DNA from: Octopus vulgaris
Lineage: Eukaryota
Assembly: GCA_951406725.2 (NCBI GenBank)
Contig: OX597819.1
Coordinates: 119,536,001 to 119,600,000 of the forward strand
DNA: 64,000 bases
Direction of reading: 5' to 3'
Made by a program: the position numbers and the translations under genes. Below the pieces are notes generated by a model. The model had not been told where the DNA came from. It saw only the letters and a program-made list of their open reading frames with translations, and did not search any database. This document shows positions 13,936-28,923 of the stretch, piece by piece; positions within the stretch are counted from its first letter, which is position 1, and every line of letters begins with the position of its first letter.

Positions 13936-15179
13936 TTGCATATATATACAAATATAAATATGTATGTTTGTGGGGGTGTATGTATGTGTATATGCATAAA
14001 TATATATGAACGTGTATATTCAAATAAGTATGTAAACATATATAAGATATAATCTATCTGCATTTAACTAGTTGTATAAATACAAAGAATTCTGTGCACA
14101 CGTAATTTTGATATGGAATTTTATTTCGCAACTTAATCCAAATTTTCCTTGAAGTTTCCGAAATAGCAATGTCATATTTGAAATTCAGTTTCGTGTACTT
14201 AATATTTATATATTAAACTATTCACTTCATTCAGTCTCTTTACAAATTATATTCATATTTACTTCCGCATCAATTTCATTTGAAATGAATAGATTTAGGT
14301 ATTCTTAAGACCATTCATCAACGTAGTTAAATATTACCATGTAAAAAAATAACCGATCTCATTCGAAGTTTCATGATTCTATATTTTGTAAAATTCCTCG
14401 AAAATCAAGGTCTACGCTAGTTTCATTAGTCCATTAAACAACTGCACCATGTACGTTTGTGTGCTTGACTATGTTTGAATGCTTCTGAATAAAGTGGAGT
14501 TAAAATTGTGAGTCCGTATGGGTGTATGTTTTTGAGTGTTTGTATATATTTACGTGTGTGCTTGTATTTGTATGTGTATGTGTTACTTAGATAAGCTTCA
14601 AGCACTGTATAGACCCGGGCCACGAGCAGCTTAATTCTACCATTTGGAAAGGGCATTTAATAGAGCATTATATGAAAATCATTTTTTGGGCACTGTAGCC
14701 CATTCGAGTGAAGGTTTATTTTTTCGCATGGATATATACGGGGATAGATGGTTGTTCTGAAATTTATTGGAGATATTCATCCAGGAACTGTTTCACTGTT
14801 ACGGTGATTTTATTTCTTTTTTGTCTTAGAATTACGTTAAAGAGAGCAACCCTAAAATGTGTGCGTGTGCGGATGTGCGTGAGAGAGAGAAGGAGGAGAT
14901 AAGAACAAAGAGGTAGATTGAGAGTCTAGATATCATTGTTGAGGGGAAATGGTTCGGCTGGATCGCGCTGAACATGTAATATGGCTATTCCGGCGGCCGT
15001 AGCAGACGATTCCCCTATGTCAACGATACAATTACGGGTGCTTTTATATACCAAGGGTCTTTCTACGAGATACTCTCAAATTAATTAACGCAGTATTCTG
15101 CGTTCTAAACACAATATCCTCGTTTAAGTTGATGATCAAGATTAACTCATGATATTAATATTATTTCCGTCACCATTAA

Positions 15180-15229
<50 letters not shown>

Positions 15230-15230
15230 T

Positions 15231-15618
<388 letters not shown>

Positions 15619-15687
15619 TGTATGTATGTATGTGTTATGTATGTATGTTGTATGTAAGTATGTATATGTCTGTATGTATGTATGTAT

Positions 15688-16500
15688 ATAGGCTGCGATG
15701 GGTAAGTTGTCGCTGCTTTCTACTTTTAGATTTGCAAATGCACATTGTTTAATTTTGATTTTATGGAGTACACAGTATTGTAGGATCGGTTGGGCACCCT
15801 CTGTCAAAAAAGCAACACCATGATGTAATTCGCTCTGCCAGATATCTGGAAACGACATGCTGTGCTGCTTGGACTTCGCGCTGGAAGTTCCAATACGAAC
15901 ATTTCAGAGTGTCTGGTTTTCAAACTAACATGTACCGAGAATGATAAAAATCAAACATACAATTAACATGATGGTGTTAGGAGTGATCACTAGTGATGGC
16001 AACGTTACACCTCCACTCATCTTCGCCCGTGGCTTCAGACGCAATATAGAAGCCTACATCGTGCCAGGAGGAGGAAGGTAGAGCTGCTCTGGGTCAAGAG
16101 TGTGACTACTGAAAACCTTATGTCTTGCAACAGGACCTTTCATCATGCCACACAAGCAGGAGAACTCAGGCGGCAACCCCCTTGATTAAAATGCGTGGGG
16201 CGTAGTTTAGTGAGAGACCAACACAGCACTATGTAACACCAAAAATGAACTGAAGGCAAGGATTATGGTAGCATTTACCAGCTTAAAAAAGGAGACTGTC
16301 CAGAATACTTGCAGGAGATTCTGAAGTTGTCTCGAAACGGTGGGTTCAGCCAATGTCGATTTTATTGAATTAAATTTACTCTTCAGCATTTCAAGGTATG
16401 TATATGAAATTTTGCTAAATATCTTTGTTAAAATGATATATCAGTGTAATTTTCATGTTTGCGTAAATTATACGACAATGTATTCACCCCACCGGTGTAT
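15688..16500 (+). mobile_element. Internally deleted Tc1/mariner (maT/DD37D-like) transposon relic
   Basis: MVLGVITSDGNVTPPLIF..., YVLQQD, CHTSRRTQ, NTKNELKARIMVAF...[20 protein letters not shown]. Degenerate TIRs (TATAGGCTGCGATGGGTAAGTTGTCG / CGACAATGTATTCACCCCACCGGTGTATA). Confidence 0.75.
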
Positions 16501-16709
16501 ATGTGTGTGTGTGTGTGCATCTGTGTGTGTGCATGTGTGTGTGTTTGTGTGTATCAGTGTGTGTATGTGTATATACATATATATATATATATGTATATGT
16601 ATATATATATATGCATATATATACATATATATACACGTACATATATACACACATATGAACACACACATATATATGTGTGTGTTTATATGTGTGTATATAT
16701 GTACATGTG

Positions 16710-16740
<31 letters not shown>

Positions 16741-16820
16741 GCATATATATATATATACATATACATATATATGTATATACACATACACACACTGACACAC
16801 ACACACAATCACACACACAT

Positions 16821-16855
<35 letters not shown>

Positions 16856-17032
16856 TATATACACAGGTGGGGTGAATACGTTGTCGTATAATTTACGCAA
16901 ACATGAAAATTACACTGACATCTCATTTTAACAAAGATATTTACCAAAATTTCATATACATACCTTGAAATGCTAAAGAGTATATTTAATTCAATAAAAT
17001 CGACATTAGCTGAACCCACCGTTTCGAGACAA
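16327..17032. repeat. ~700-bp imperfect palindrome: transposon 3' end plus microsatellite duplicated in inverted orientation
   Basis: 16327-16500 is the reverse complement of ~16858-17032. ORFs 16459(+) and 16900(-) both begin [13 protein letters not shown]. Centre ~16670 in TA/CA repeats. Confidence 0.9.
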
Positions 17033-17068
17033 TATATATATATTCGAGACATACATACATGAATACAT

Positions 17069-17130
<62 letters not shown>

Positions 17131-17134
<4 letters not shown>

Positions 17135-17242
17135 CGTTTTTGGATTTGTTTTGCAAGAAAATTTATGTGAGTTCTTGTGTTGAAGGATATTCTGTTGTGT
17201 CTGGGGAGAGTCATTTTCTTTTTGTGCCGTATAATTTAACAC
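17131..17242 (-). mobile_element. PLE 3' tail fragment (same family as 15363-15487)
   Basis: Near reverse complement of 15375-15487; abuts (TA)n. Confidence 0.75.
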
Positions 17243-17271
17243 TCCGTAACCATAACTCGAATTATTACGAA

Positions 17272-17450
17272 TTTTACAGCCATGAAACGATCGTAGTGTT
17301 TTACTCTTTATCTTTTATTAAAATTTAAATACTTTTGATATATATATTTAAAATAATATATATTAATTAATTTTATGTATTGGCTTATGTTTTTCATTGT
17401 TTGATTTGCCTAATAGTGGTTTTATCTCTAATTTAATATAATATAATATA
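17272..17450 (+). mobile_element. pLTR fragment of the 53733 family with the 3' half of the hammerhead
   Basis: CATGAAACGATCGTAGTG, followed by ATGTATTGGCTT...TAATAGTGGTTTT..CTCTAATTTAATATAATAT as in 54030-54170. Confidence 0.75.
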
Positions 17451-17609
17451 GGAGTGGCTGTGTGGTAAGTAGCTTGCTAACCAACCACATGGTTCCGGGT
17501 TCAGTCCCACTGCGTGGCATCTTGGGCAAGTGTCTTCTGCTGCAGCCCCAGGCCGACCAAAGACTTGTGAGTGGATTTGGTAGACAGAAACTGAAAGAAG
17601 CCTGTCGTA

Positions 17610-17662
<53 letters not shown>

Positions 17663-17868
17663 CTGTGTTTGTCCCCCTAGCATTGCTTGACAGCCGATGC
17701 TGGTGTGTTTACGTCCCCGTCACTTAGCGGTTCGGCAAAAGAGACCGATAGAATAAGGACTAGGCTTACAAAGAATAAGTCCCAGGGTCGATTTGATCGA
17801 CTAAAGGCGGTGCTCCAGCATGGCCGCAGTCAAATGACTGAAACAAGTAAAAAAAAAAAAAGACAGAA

Positions 17869-17902
<34 letters not shown>

Positions 17903-18025
17903 GGCACTCCATCAGTTGCGATAACGAGGGTTCCAGTTGATCTTATCAACGGAACATCCTGCTCGTGAAATTAACATGTACGTGCCTGAGCTCGCCACAG
18001 ACACGTGTGCCCTTATAATAGTTCA
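17451..18025 (+). mobile_element. SINE family A (with probable extended 3' segment after a TA tract)
   Basis: GGAGTGGCTGTGTGGTAAG (A box)...GGTTCAGTCCC (B box)...GCTCCAGCATGGCCGCAGTC. Confidence 0.85.
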
Positions 18026-18150
18026 GCCGGAGCCTGGAGGAGCTTTATATGTTTTCGCTCAATGAACACTCACAACACTCGGTCTTGGAATCGAAACTAC
18101 GATCCTGCGACCGTGAGTCCGCTGCCTTAACCACCGGCTATTGAGCTTCC
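18026..18150 (-). mobile_element. SINE family C, 5' portion
   Basis: GTTTTCGCTCAATGAACAC...GGAATCGAAAC...GATCCTGCGACCGTGAGTCCGCTGCCTTAACCAC matches 38712-38800. Confidence 0.75.
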
Positions 18151-18189
18151 ACACACAAACGCACGCACACACACATACATACACACACG

Positions 18190-18427
<238 letters not shown>

Positions 18428-18704
18428 TTGCCTACGTCAAATGGGAGTATTCCTGTCTGGGAGATATCTTATGGTAGTAGAATAGCATTTAAATGTTACT
18501 TCTAAATTTGGGCATGTGGTGAAGCAGCTTTGCTGAACGGCTAATTATTATTATGCTTATAATTATAAAAAAATTGTATAAGGTTACCGATAACGGTTCT
18601 TTTAACATACCGAACTACTTGGTAAAATTATTAGTTATAAATTGATTAATTAAGTTTACCCTTTATTATTATTGATATATATATATATATATATACACAC
18701 ATTT

Positions 18705-18753
<49 letters not shown>

Positions 18754-19965
18754 GTGTGTCTGTGTGTAGGAGTCTGTGTATGTATGTACATGTTCACACA
18801 AACATTCAACACCCCATACCTTTGGCGTCTGTTTTCCAGTGACTACATGCCCAGCTCGTTTATCCTCTCTGTGTAGCTTATCTTCTTCCTGTACATGTGT
18901 TGAATTGCAGGGTATTATTCTATTACTCTCAGGTGTTTTGACAAATATTATTGGGAGAATTAATCCAGGTGACTGAATGTAAGTGTTCTCCGGTTCATGC
19001 TATGCTTTTCCCTTGATTACGACGATTATAGATTCCAATTTTTTTCCCTACTGCACTTCAACTTATGTGCATACCCTGCTTGGCTCGCCTCACATCAACG
19101 GTACTACAGTAAATGCAAGTCCTATATGTTCTGATTGTAATCTGTTTGTGGGTCGATAACAGAGTGCTTGATATATTTTTATATGTTATACGATATTTAC
19201 ATACTAAATGAAGTAAGGTTCTTCACCATTTAGCATTCCCAGCGGCATGGAATTGCAATAATGTTTGCCATTAGAATGATTTTCATTAGACAGAAATCGT
19301 ATATTGTTTTGGCCACCAACGCAATATATTGCGAATGACAAATTAGACAAGTTCTGCCTATTCTGTATTCAAGGCTTTCTAGTCTTCCAATGATTTCAGA
19401 AGGGAGAAAGTTAACACGTTATTTCTGTCTCATAGCTTATGGTATGAAGTGTGAAATCGAATATAACTGTCTACATGGTAGGAATAAAATTGATGAGTTT
19501 ACATTAAAAAAGAAATACATAATTGATGTGACAAGTAAATAGATGTGTGAAATTGCTATGATATATCATCTTTCAAACAATATTGCGATGTCCTAATATG
19601 GTTCATAATTCCTCTCGCATTCGATTTCTTCTATTAATATTCTAGCTTTTTTCTTCTGGATGCATACACATAATTTTATGCCTAAACACAAGCACACAAA
19701 TACATCAATGTATATATATATAATAATTATTTTTTATAATTTCATTTTTATTTTCTAAATCTCTCTCTAAAGAAGATTACGGCAGCAGTACTGGATATTA
19801 ATATTTATCGCCAAGCTAACATGGCAGTCCAGAATAATAGGACGAATGCTGCCGTTGCTTGGCTCCAAGAGGACATCACCTTGGCTAGCTATGTGGCACA
19901 CAAGCCTGTATCCATTACAATCTTCGAAAAGGGGAAGTCATCGCTTCCCCATGCTAGTTCAGACA

Positions 19966-20004
19966 TGCAGACTAGTTTCAGGTTATTTGCCCTTTATCAG
20001 TGTG
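19966..20004 (-). ncRNA. Degenerate minimal type-I hammerhead motif
   Basis: Minus strand CACA CTGATAA AGG-GCAAATAA-CCT GAAA CTAG T C TGCA: palindromic ACTAGT stem III, GUC site. G8>A and a partly broken stem I. Confidence 0.55.
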
Positions 20005-20523
20005 GGGTAGTCCAACCCACTAGGCGTCGCTGTTGACTGTCTGCTCGAAGATTTATATGCATTCAGTGGAACACATCCACTGAAACTAGACGATCAACAA
20101 CGAAGCCAAAGATACCATGCAGAGGAACTGAACGTTCAACCATGTGTTTGGGAAGAAAACTTCTCAACCACACAATCATTCTTCCACCTAATATGAGTGA
20201 GTATATGTGTGTTTACATTTATTGTTAGCTCTTGTATTGAAGAAGATTGTCGTGGCAGAGTTGCTTCCATTATTTAAAGACCTCAAAATCGTGCGATCCT
20301 ACCTCGTTTTCCAGGTTCTTTTTCTAATAAAAAATATTTGTTGTGCAAAACAACATAGTCTATTTGGTAGCCGGAAGACTACTGAATATTTATTTTGGTA
20401 CCTCATACGTCAAAATAGGCAACTCGGTTTTCGAATCCATAAAGAACATACGCCCCCCCCCCCCCCACACACACACACACTCACACAAAGAGAGAAGCTC
20501 TCTTTTATATATTACAATAAAAG

Positions 20524-20592
<69 letters not shown>

Positions 20593-20641
20593 TTATATTT
20601 GTGTGTGTGCAATTATGTATATATGTATATATGTATATATA

Positions 20642-20684
<43 letters not shown>

Positions 20685-22509
20685 ATATATATATATATAT
20701 ATGTGTATATATATATATGTGTATATATATATATATACATACACACACTCACACACACACATATACATATATGCATATCTATCTTATGTATACGTAAGCA
20801 TTAACAAATAGGGAAAATAGATACAGCAATTGTGAGAATATATAAGTAAGCAATGGATGGATTGATTTATGTATACACACACATATTCATATTCAAGAAC
20901 TAAGAAGCTGCATGTGCATGTGTGTGTGCCAGTGTGTATATGTATGTGTCTTTGTATGTATGTGTGTAAACAAATTTGATTGAATATCTATACTCACACT
21001 GAGAAAGAGATTCTTATAATATATGCTGTGCTTGGCTATTGCATTCTAAAAGATTTTCTAATATGGCGTGATATAATGGGACATATCATATGCATTGAGC
21101 CAATCAATGACGATAACAATTGATTTCGGATACTTGTTGTAGTGGTTCGCGTGGTTCACGATAAAATACAAATAGAATTGCGTGTTATGAGGAGCTGATA
21201 CTTTTAAGTTATCTTTCACTTTATCATTGACAATAATTTCCATGAATCTTGTATCAAGAAGAATCTTTACTTTATCTTCCATTTAATCACATTACTATGT
21301 TTTACTTCCTGTATTACTTCGGATCGGAATGTCTATGGGTTGTTATATATTGCATGTGAATCATGTTTGGATACCGACACAAGAAATCTGAAAATCTTTG
21401 CGTTATCCTTTGCGCCACGAACGAACATATGAAGCACAACATATCACGTTTTTTTTTTGCTTGTCCCATGAAAACAATGACGTGCCGGCCGTTCGCATCC
21501 GCTGATTTCCTGAAGTGAAAACTTCTGCATAAAAGTTTTGATTTGCGCAATTCCAATCATATACATCAATGTATTGCCAGGAAAATATTAATTGGTCTTG
21601 TAGTAGAAGTACGAAAGTGAAGCAAAGAAAATGAAAAAGAAATCTACGTACGTTTCAGCTACCGTGCATTTACTACAAAAATTTGGTCCATTGGGTTATA
21701 AAGAGTAACAGGATAAGTCCAAAGTAATCTTAAGTTTTTTAAAGTTTTTTTTGTTTGTTTCAGAAACGTGTACCAGACAATAGTGTATTAAAACTTGGAA
21801 TAATAAAACTATTGAATATGTACGTGAATTAAACGCAAATAAAAGCAATACAATTATGCAATTAATTTATAGATTTCAAAGAAACTTGAATTTTTTAAGT
21901 CATATACATGTGTGTATATATGTATGTATATATGTATGTGTGTATGTATATCTTATTTTTCGTCCTTCAGAATGTCCAACAAACCCCTTTCTTACCAAGA
22001 TAACTTCGAGTTACCAGTTTAGTCACCGATGACCCGAACATGCAACAGGTTGTACTGGGTTACATGTCACCAGTAGCACCTTGGAACGACTGTTGAAGTG
22101 CTGAAGAGCTCATGAGCAATTAACGGTCACCCAACAATATGTGTACATGTGTGTGTATGTATGTATGTATGCGCAGGGACATACCTGGGTCGGTGAACAG
22201 GCGTGCTGTTGGTCCACTGCGAATAGGAGGCCTTTCTTTTGTTGTCACAACGTCTGTCTAGGAGAGGAAATCTCGGAGAGAAAACCTACGACGCTGATAA
22301 TATTCGACAATGTAGACCAGTTCTTCTTTTCAAGTTTATGTTATCATGTTCAAAGAGTGAGACTGCAAGTGTGCAAATTCTATCCACAGGTATCGCTTTA
22401 AAAAAAAAAAGTAAGACCTATCACAAGAATGGCTGGTCGTACCCTTCACATGTGTGGAACTTTCGAACAGGCGTGGGCAATACTCAAATACAGGTTACAG
22501 CCATCATAC

Positions 22510-22742
22510 ATGTATGTATGTATGTATGTATGTATGTATGTATGTATGTATGTATGTATGTATATATGAATGTATGTATGTATATAGGTAGGTAGGTAGG
22601 TAGGTAGGTAGGAAGGAATGTAGGAGGTAGGTAGGTAGGTAGGTAGGTAGGTAGGTAGGTAGGTAGGTAGGTAGGTAGGTAGGTAGGTAGGTAGGTAGGT
22701 AGGTAGGTAGGTAGGTAGGTAGGTAGGTAGGTAGGTAGGTAG
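22510..22742. repeat. (TATG)n + (TAGG)n microsatellite
   Basis: Direct inspection. Confidence 0.95.
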
Positions 22743-23142
22743 ATATTAGATTTCCCTAAGATGAGACAAAGAACAGCCTCGTAGGTAAATACTATACGAA
22801 ATTGAGGTTTGTCTCTAAATTATTCTTTTCAATAGCGTCTGGTTCATTTTCTCGTTTATGTTTATCCAAAGGACACATTTCTTTGACAGATGTGATAAAT
22901 ATTCAACAGTAAACTTGTAAATCCTATCAGAATTACAGACAACTGAAATCGTATTTCAAAGTCAAAAGTTCAAAAATTCCAATGAAGAATTAGAATACTG
23001 AAATTTTGAGAATGTATATATGTACACACGAAAGCACGCACGCACGCACACACATACTTAGATACATACATACATACATACATACATACATACATACATA
23101 CATACATACATACATACATACATACATACATACATACATACA

Positions 23143-23175
<33 letters not shown>

Positions 23176-24177
23176 GTAAATATTGTACGGATTTAGAAAG
23201 TTGGGGATGTAATCATCTTTAACAGTGAAAATCGAAGCAGATAAAATTATAGATAAAAATCCTGTGAACATTGTATATAAAAAAGCACCTTGTATGGAAA
23301 AAATGTGAAGCCTGCCTTTGAGGCACCAACATATGTAAACCTGACAGATGATCTATCTTTGTACAAAAATAATCCTTCGAGTTACTCCATCCATTTTAGA
23401 AGCTTCATTCTTACCGACAGGACTGTATGTTGTTTACGTGAAAGAAATTTAGAAACTTCGAGGCATAAGAAATTAACTGTCGTGAACGAATGTTTATACA
23501 TACGAGTTATGCTTAAAAAAATGAACAGTAATAAAGACATTGAATTCGCCTATCAAGTTATACGAATTGCAAGAGAAACTTCTGTTTGAAAATAATAAAC
23601 ACGATTAAAAATTTATTCTCCATGATTTTCTTTTGTTTTCAAATAGTTCACACTCAAATGTCCGCACATCATGGTCGCATATTTGGTCAAAAATGTCCGT
23701 TAAACCTGCTAAACCTCAATTACCATCTTGAAAGTAGAACGTGAACACGGTTACAATAGATCTTGTTATATCGCAATACTACACAGTGGCTGTGTGAGCT
23801 ACGAAATCCTCCTTGCCACTGTTATATCGCACGTTCGAATGACCTCTATTCAACTCTTCGAGGAGGTCTAGACTTCTCCCCCTATATCTACGTATCGGGC
23901 TAGCCTACTTCATCGTCTGGGGGTGCCGACACAACAGAACTCAATGACTACGAGTTCGTGATGGCTTTTTTAAAATCATTATATGTCTGCAGGATATAGA
24001 CTGACCTGGTATTGAAAAATCTAAATGTCGTGCATGTTCATGCAGAGCGTGTAAAGATTTGTAGTACTAAATATGATGCGAATAGTCATTTTTTCAAGCG
24101 CATGCGTAAGCGATTAGGCTAAAATATTCATCAACGTAAACGCTTTAGCGTAACGAGTGCCTTTTTCTCTTTTAGAA

Positions 24178-24380
24178 TCCTTTCTACTATAGAAATAAGG
24201 CCTGAAATTTTAGTGGAAAGCTAATTGTAAATTAGATTAAACTCAGTGCTCAGCTGGTACTTTATTGTATCGACCCCGGAGAGGATGAAAGGCGAAAATT
24301 AAACTCAGAACATTAAGTTGGAAGAAAGGCCTCTAAGTCTTTTGTCTGTCGTGCTAACCACTCTGCCAGATCTCTGACTT
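24178..24380 (-). mobile_element. Degenerate SINE family B
   Basis: GGTACTTTATTGTATCGACCCCGGAGAGGATGAAAGGC...AACTCAGAAC. Confidence 0.65.
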
Positions 24381-25151
24381 AATATCCTTTATGATAAAAT
24401 ATGTTTTTCTATGAAAACCACATATTATATTGATTATTCAATCAAACCAATATAGACGTAATTCCCCTTATAATTCAACAAATACAATAGAAATTATATC
24501 GTAAAACTAAAATGAAAAGAAAATAATATGCTGCTAGTGAAACATCATTTTCTATACATTAATAAGTAGAGTGTGAACTATATACCTACTGAGATGACTT
24601 CACAACAGAAACAATCTAGGTCATGTTAAGCATCCTCATCATTCTTCGAGGATCACATTAGATCAACAATTCGTATATACTTCTAAACAGATGGAGTGGC
24701 AATGGCTAAAATACATTTCATAACGGGTCAAACCAAATTTACTACGGATGTTTCAGCAACCTAGATTTAAAGTGTTAACGAGTGACGTGACATCATGAAT
24801 TTCTGTATTGGGTCGTATATTTAGCTTTAGAAACAACATCGCTGCAATTTAAATCATATAAGTCTTTCGGAACTGAAATAATCTTTAGTCATTTCATTAT
24901 TTCGACGATGAACAGATTCATGTTTTTATTGCTTATAAAGATTGTACAGTTCACGAACACACACAACTCAGCATACAGTTCAGTGTATGATTATAGGAGA
25001 CTCTTAGAGTCTCATTAATATAAATTGCTGCAGATAATCAAGTCTTCTGAGAAAATGGATTCTACGCAAATAGACAGAACTCGGTTAGAAGACGATTGAC
25101 TTTGATTACGAAGATCTAGTTATCAGAAAGGAAAAGTGGAACTTTCTGATA

Positions 25152-25388
25152 TACAAGATACGGCAGAAAGGTTTCCCCGATTTTAAAGGTTAATAAAAAC
25201 CAAAAAACATAAAGATGCATGGACACATTTTATATTTCCCTGAAGTTCATTAAATATCAATCTTGGTTTTTGCTTCAGATTGTACCCAAGATTACTTGGA
25301 GTGGAGAACATCGTTTTTTCTAGTATCTTCATGTGTTTGTTTTTTATCAACTTTTGAAATCGAGGCAACCTTTCTGCCGAACCCTGTA
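25152..25388. mobile_element. Tc1/mariner-type MITE with ~65-bp imperfect TIRs, TA ends
   Basis: TACAAGATACGGCAGAAAGGTTTCCCCGATTTTAAAGGTTAATAAAAAC vs the reverse complement of the right end, TACAGGGTTCGGCAGAAAGGTTGCCTCGATTTCAAAAGTTGATAAAAAAC. Confidence 0.7.
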
Positions 25389-26997
25389 CCCGGAATATTT
25401 TACATTTCATAAAGAAATACAGTTATTTTTAATACACATTACAGGGAACAAGTCACTATTCAAACCCTTATATGATATCAAGGAGACTACATTTCTCTTT
25501 TTGGGTAACACCTTTGGATTATATTGCTCTATATCAAAACTCTATTAAAAAAAAACACAGCTTAAATGGCGAAGATACTTACCACACAACATCATTGCAA
25601 CGAAAGCCTGAAAACATGATATGTATAAGCAAATTATGGCAATACGTAAAGCTACTTTCGTTCTTAAGCCGCTCCGCATCATTTGCTAAATACAAAATCC
25701 CCTAATTACGAAAGCTCTAGTACTTAGTCATTCTTATCACAATTTAAAAGATATTGCATCAAACAAGGGAATCGCGTGTTTATATAAAATGCTTCCTGGC
25801 ATGGTGGACCAGAAATGGGTGCAAGTGCGACTGCGGCGCATCGCTGCCTCCACAAATTGTCGGTTTTTGATTGTGCCGTCCTGGGCGACCTACCTAGCAG
25901 TGTCCCAGTCGGATCCTCAGAGAAGTGACACTGTTGATAGGGTCCAACAAGGGAAATCGATCCACGTGACTAAACGCTCCGTTCTGAGGCTCCCGGATCA
26001 TGCTAGCAACACGCAATAGTTTCAGATTAAAATCGTTGATTATATATGGTATCCGACCAAAAGTGTGCCATAATTCTGCGAAGCATTCTGGTAACAAGGG
26101 AAATTCAAGGGTCCCTTGAGGAAGAGAACTGAAGACCCGGATGAGTCCACAACTGCACCTGCACATGATTAACTGCACCATCCTTAAAATCCGGGTCAAT
26201 AATCCTAGTTTCACCAATGATAGCTCCACAATTCGATCCAGCCACCATTCCACAACTAATACTGCTATGGATCACACTAGCAGGAATAGAGAAGCGGCCA
26301 GAAACTCTGTCATTCTCACCCACATGTTCAAACGATTTGGCATCCACCAAGAAGCCAACAAAAGACTGGATCTTTGTCTTTGCCAAAACAATAACAAACA
26401 AAAGGACTCTAAAGCGAATTACTTCCGCTTCCTCACTTAGTGAAGTTATAGCACCCCTGAAGACATCCAGAGACTCAGCATGATAAATCTAATCATCATC
26501 AAAATCCAGGTCAGTAATCTTAGTTTTACTAATGAGTACTCCACAATTTCATCGAACCACCATCCCGCCAAATAATCGGGTCATGCAGAAATTGAACTTG
26601 GTCGGGGACAAAATATGTTAAGACCCCAGACCAAATAAGGAAAAAGAAAGATGTTCAGCCCCCCCCCCCCTATTGCGAACTTCACTCAATGTTCCAGTAT
26701 ACAAATCAGCTATCAGCCTAACCAATCGGGCTGCTATATTTGGTAGCTCCAGAAAGAATCCTCCCTCTCCACAGAGTCAAACGCCTTAACTACGCCTGCA
26801 TCCGTTGGCATGCGGCTTGCTGATTTTTTTTTTGGGGGGGGGGGGTCGTAGAGCTATTAGCAATATATATTTGAAGGACTGGCCCTAAGTACACGGACCA
26901 CTAAAATTATAGGGACTTGTTAAAATTTATGTGATTGCTGCATAAGCGCGAGTATGAAGTAAACGATTCTTTGTTATCGACATATTTCCAGATGTGA

Positions 26998-27230
26998 AGG
27001 CGGCGAGCTGGCACAAACGTTAGCACGCCGGGCGAAATGTTTTGCGGTATTTCGTCTGCCGATACGTTCTGAGTTCCAATTCCGCCGAGGTCGACTTTGC
27101 CTTTCATCCTTTCGGGGTCGATTAAATAAGTACCAGTTACGCGCTGAGGTCGATATAATCGACTTAATCCGTTTGTCTGTCCTCGTTTGTCCTCTTTGTG
27201 TTTAGCCCCTTTTGGGTAGTAAAGAAATAG
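26998..27230 (+). mobile_element. tRNA-headed SINE family B, full length
   Basis: GGCGGCGAGCTGGCA...GAGTTC(C)AATTCC...GTCGACTTTGCCTTTCATCCTTTCGGGGTCGA...TTTAGCCCC...GTAAAGAAATA. Flanking ATATTTCCAG duplication. Confidence 0.88.
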
Positions 27231-28145
27231 ATATATTTCCAGTTGCCAATATTCCATCTTATTTTCATGCACAATGTATTTAGAACTACAAAAGTTCTTC
27301 CGATTCTTCATTCTTTGAATATTTTTTCTAATATAAAAATGGCTAGGTGTGATAGAAAGATACCTGTCTGCTATTTCTAACAGACCGGATTACTACGAAG
27401 ATGTGTTCCTGCTATCTTCTCGTAGAAGTATTGCGTAAGCACACCCATTGATTTATTTGATATCTCATGAAGATTTATTCAAAGCGATACAGAGAACATT
27501 CACATACCGCTAACACTTCATACATTCAGCAAAATCAGGATACATATCTCTCTTAGAAGAATCGTTTCTATCTAGAACATTACAACGAACGATGTTGCGA
27601 TAATTTTCTTTTGTGCTTCATTCAGTATTGATATGTAATAGGATAAGAAATGAGATACAATAATATATTGTCCTAATGTTGTAATGAACCAGTAGACATT
27701 TATATATTACTATTATTCTGACTTTGAGATATGCAACTAGACAGAGAAATCTATAGTTCTCTCTTATAATGGATAATAATGTCTACATATACATTTTAAG
27801 TGATGCATTGTCGATGTTTAAATAATCAACTAAGAAGTTTTAACTATACTTCAAATTGTGCACTTAATGTTTACATGTGAGATCATTTTGCATATTAAGA
27901 TAACATGTACACTACGTCACTCTCAGTTTCTTCCTATCTCTGTCTCTATCTCACTCTTTCTTTCCCTATTTCTCTTGTCATATATATATGCACACACACA
28001 CATAGATATATAAAGTGTCTGCGTATGTATATACATATACACATACATACATATTTATATATATAGAGAGAGAGATAGATAGATAGATTGATAGATAGAT
28101 ACATATATACATACATACATACATATATGCATACCGAGATGTAGT

Positions 28146-28185
<40 letters not shown>

Positions 28186-28193
28186 AAGAATAC

Positions 28194-28226
<33 letters not shown>

Positions 28227-28887
28227 TAGTTATATATATATATATGCACATGTATATACACAAATATATATGTATATATTTATATTATATATACATAAAT
28301 ATATAAAAATATATATATATATATATATATATATTGTGTGTGTGTATTTATATATTTATACATGTCTAAACAGATTTACACTAACATTTATGTGCACACA
28401 CACACACGCATATATGTGTATATATGCTTATGTATATGCATGTGTGTGCGTGTACTGTGTTTGTATGTATGTGTGTGTTTGTTTGCCTGTGTGATTACAA
28501 TACTATGTTAATTAGATTTTCTGGATATGTGTATGTGATGCGGTGATGAACGCAAATCATTCTATTGCACGTAAGAATCTTGCCGAGGCTAATAGACCGA
28601 TTGTAACAACATTGGTTAGATATTCTAGTAAAATATTACTCTTCCTGGTATACAGGTAAATTTGTATCTTTTAGTTTTGTTCTACTCTCATAAACCATCC
28701 TATAACCTCCTGAGTGCAGGGCCGCAATGAAAATCCAATCTTTGTTTTCGGTACGGGTATTAATATCTCTATCATGTTTCTACTTATACGTCCAATATCC
28801 AAGTTTGATCGACATATTAATCTCATTTTAGGGTCATTGTTGAATACTACTGGCTATTTGCACTCTACTACTCTCCTGACGGAATAC

Positions 28888-28923
<36 letters not shown>

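Noticed and set aside
25790-26620. GC-richer segment with several 75-120 aa ORFs, possibly a LINE relic
   Set aside because: No recognisable RT, endonuclease or other motif could be read; left unassigned.
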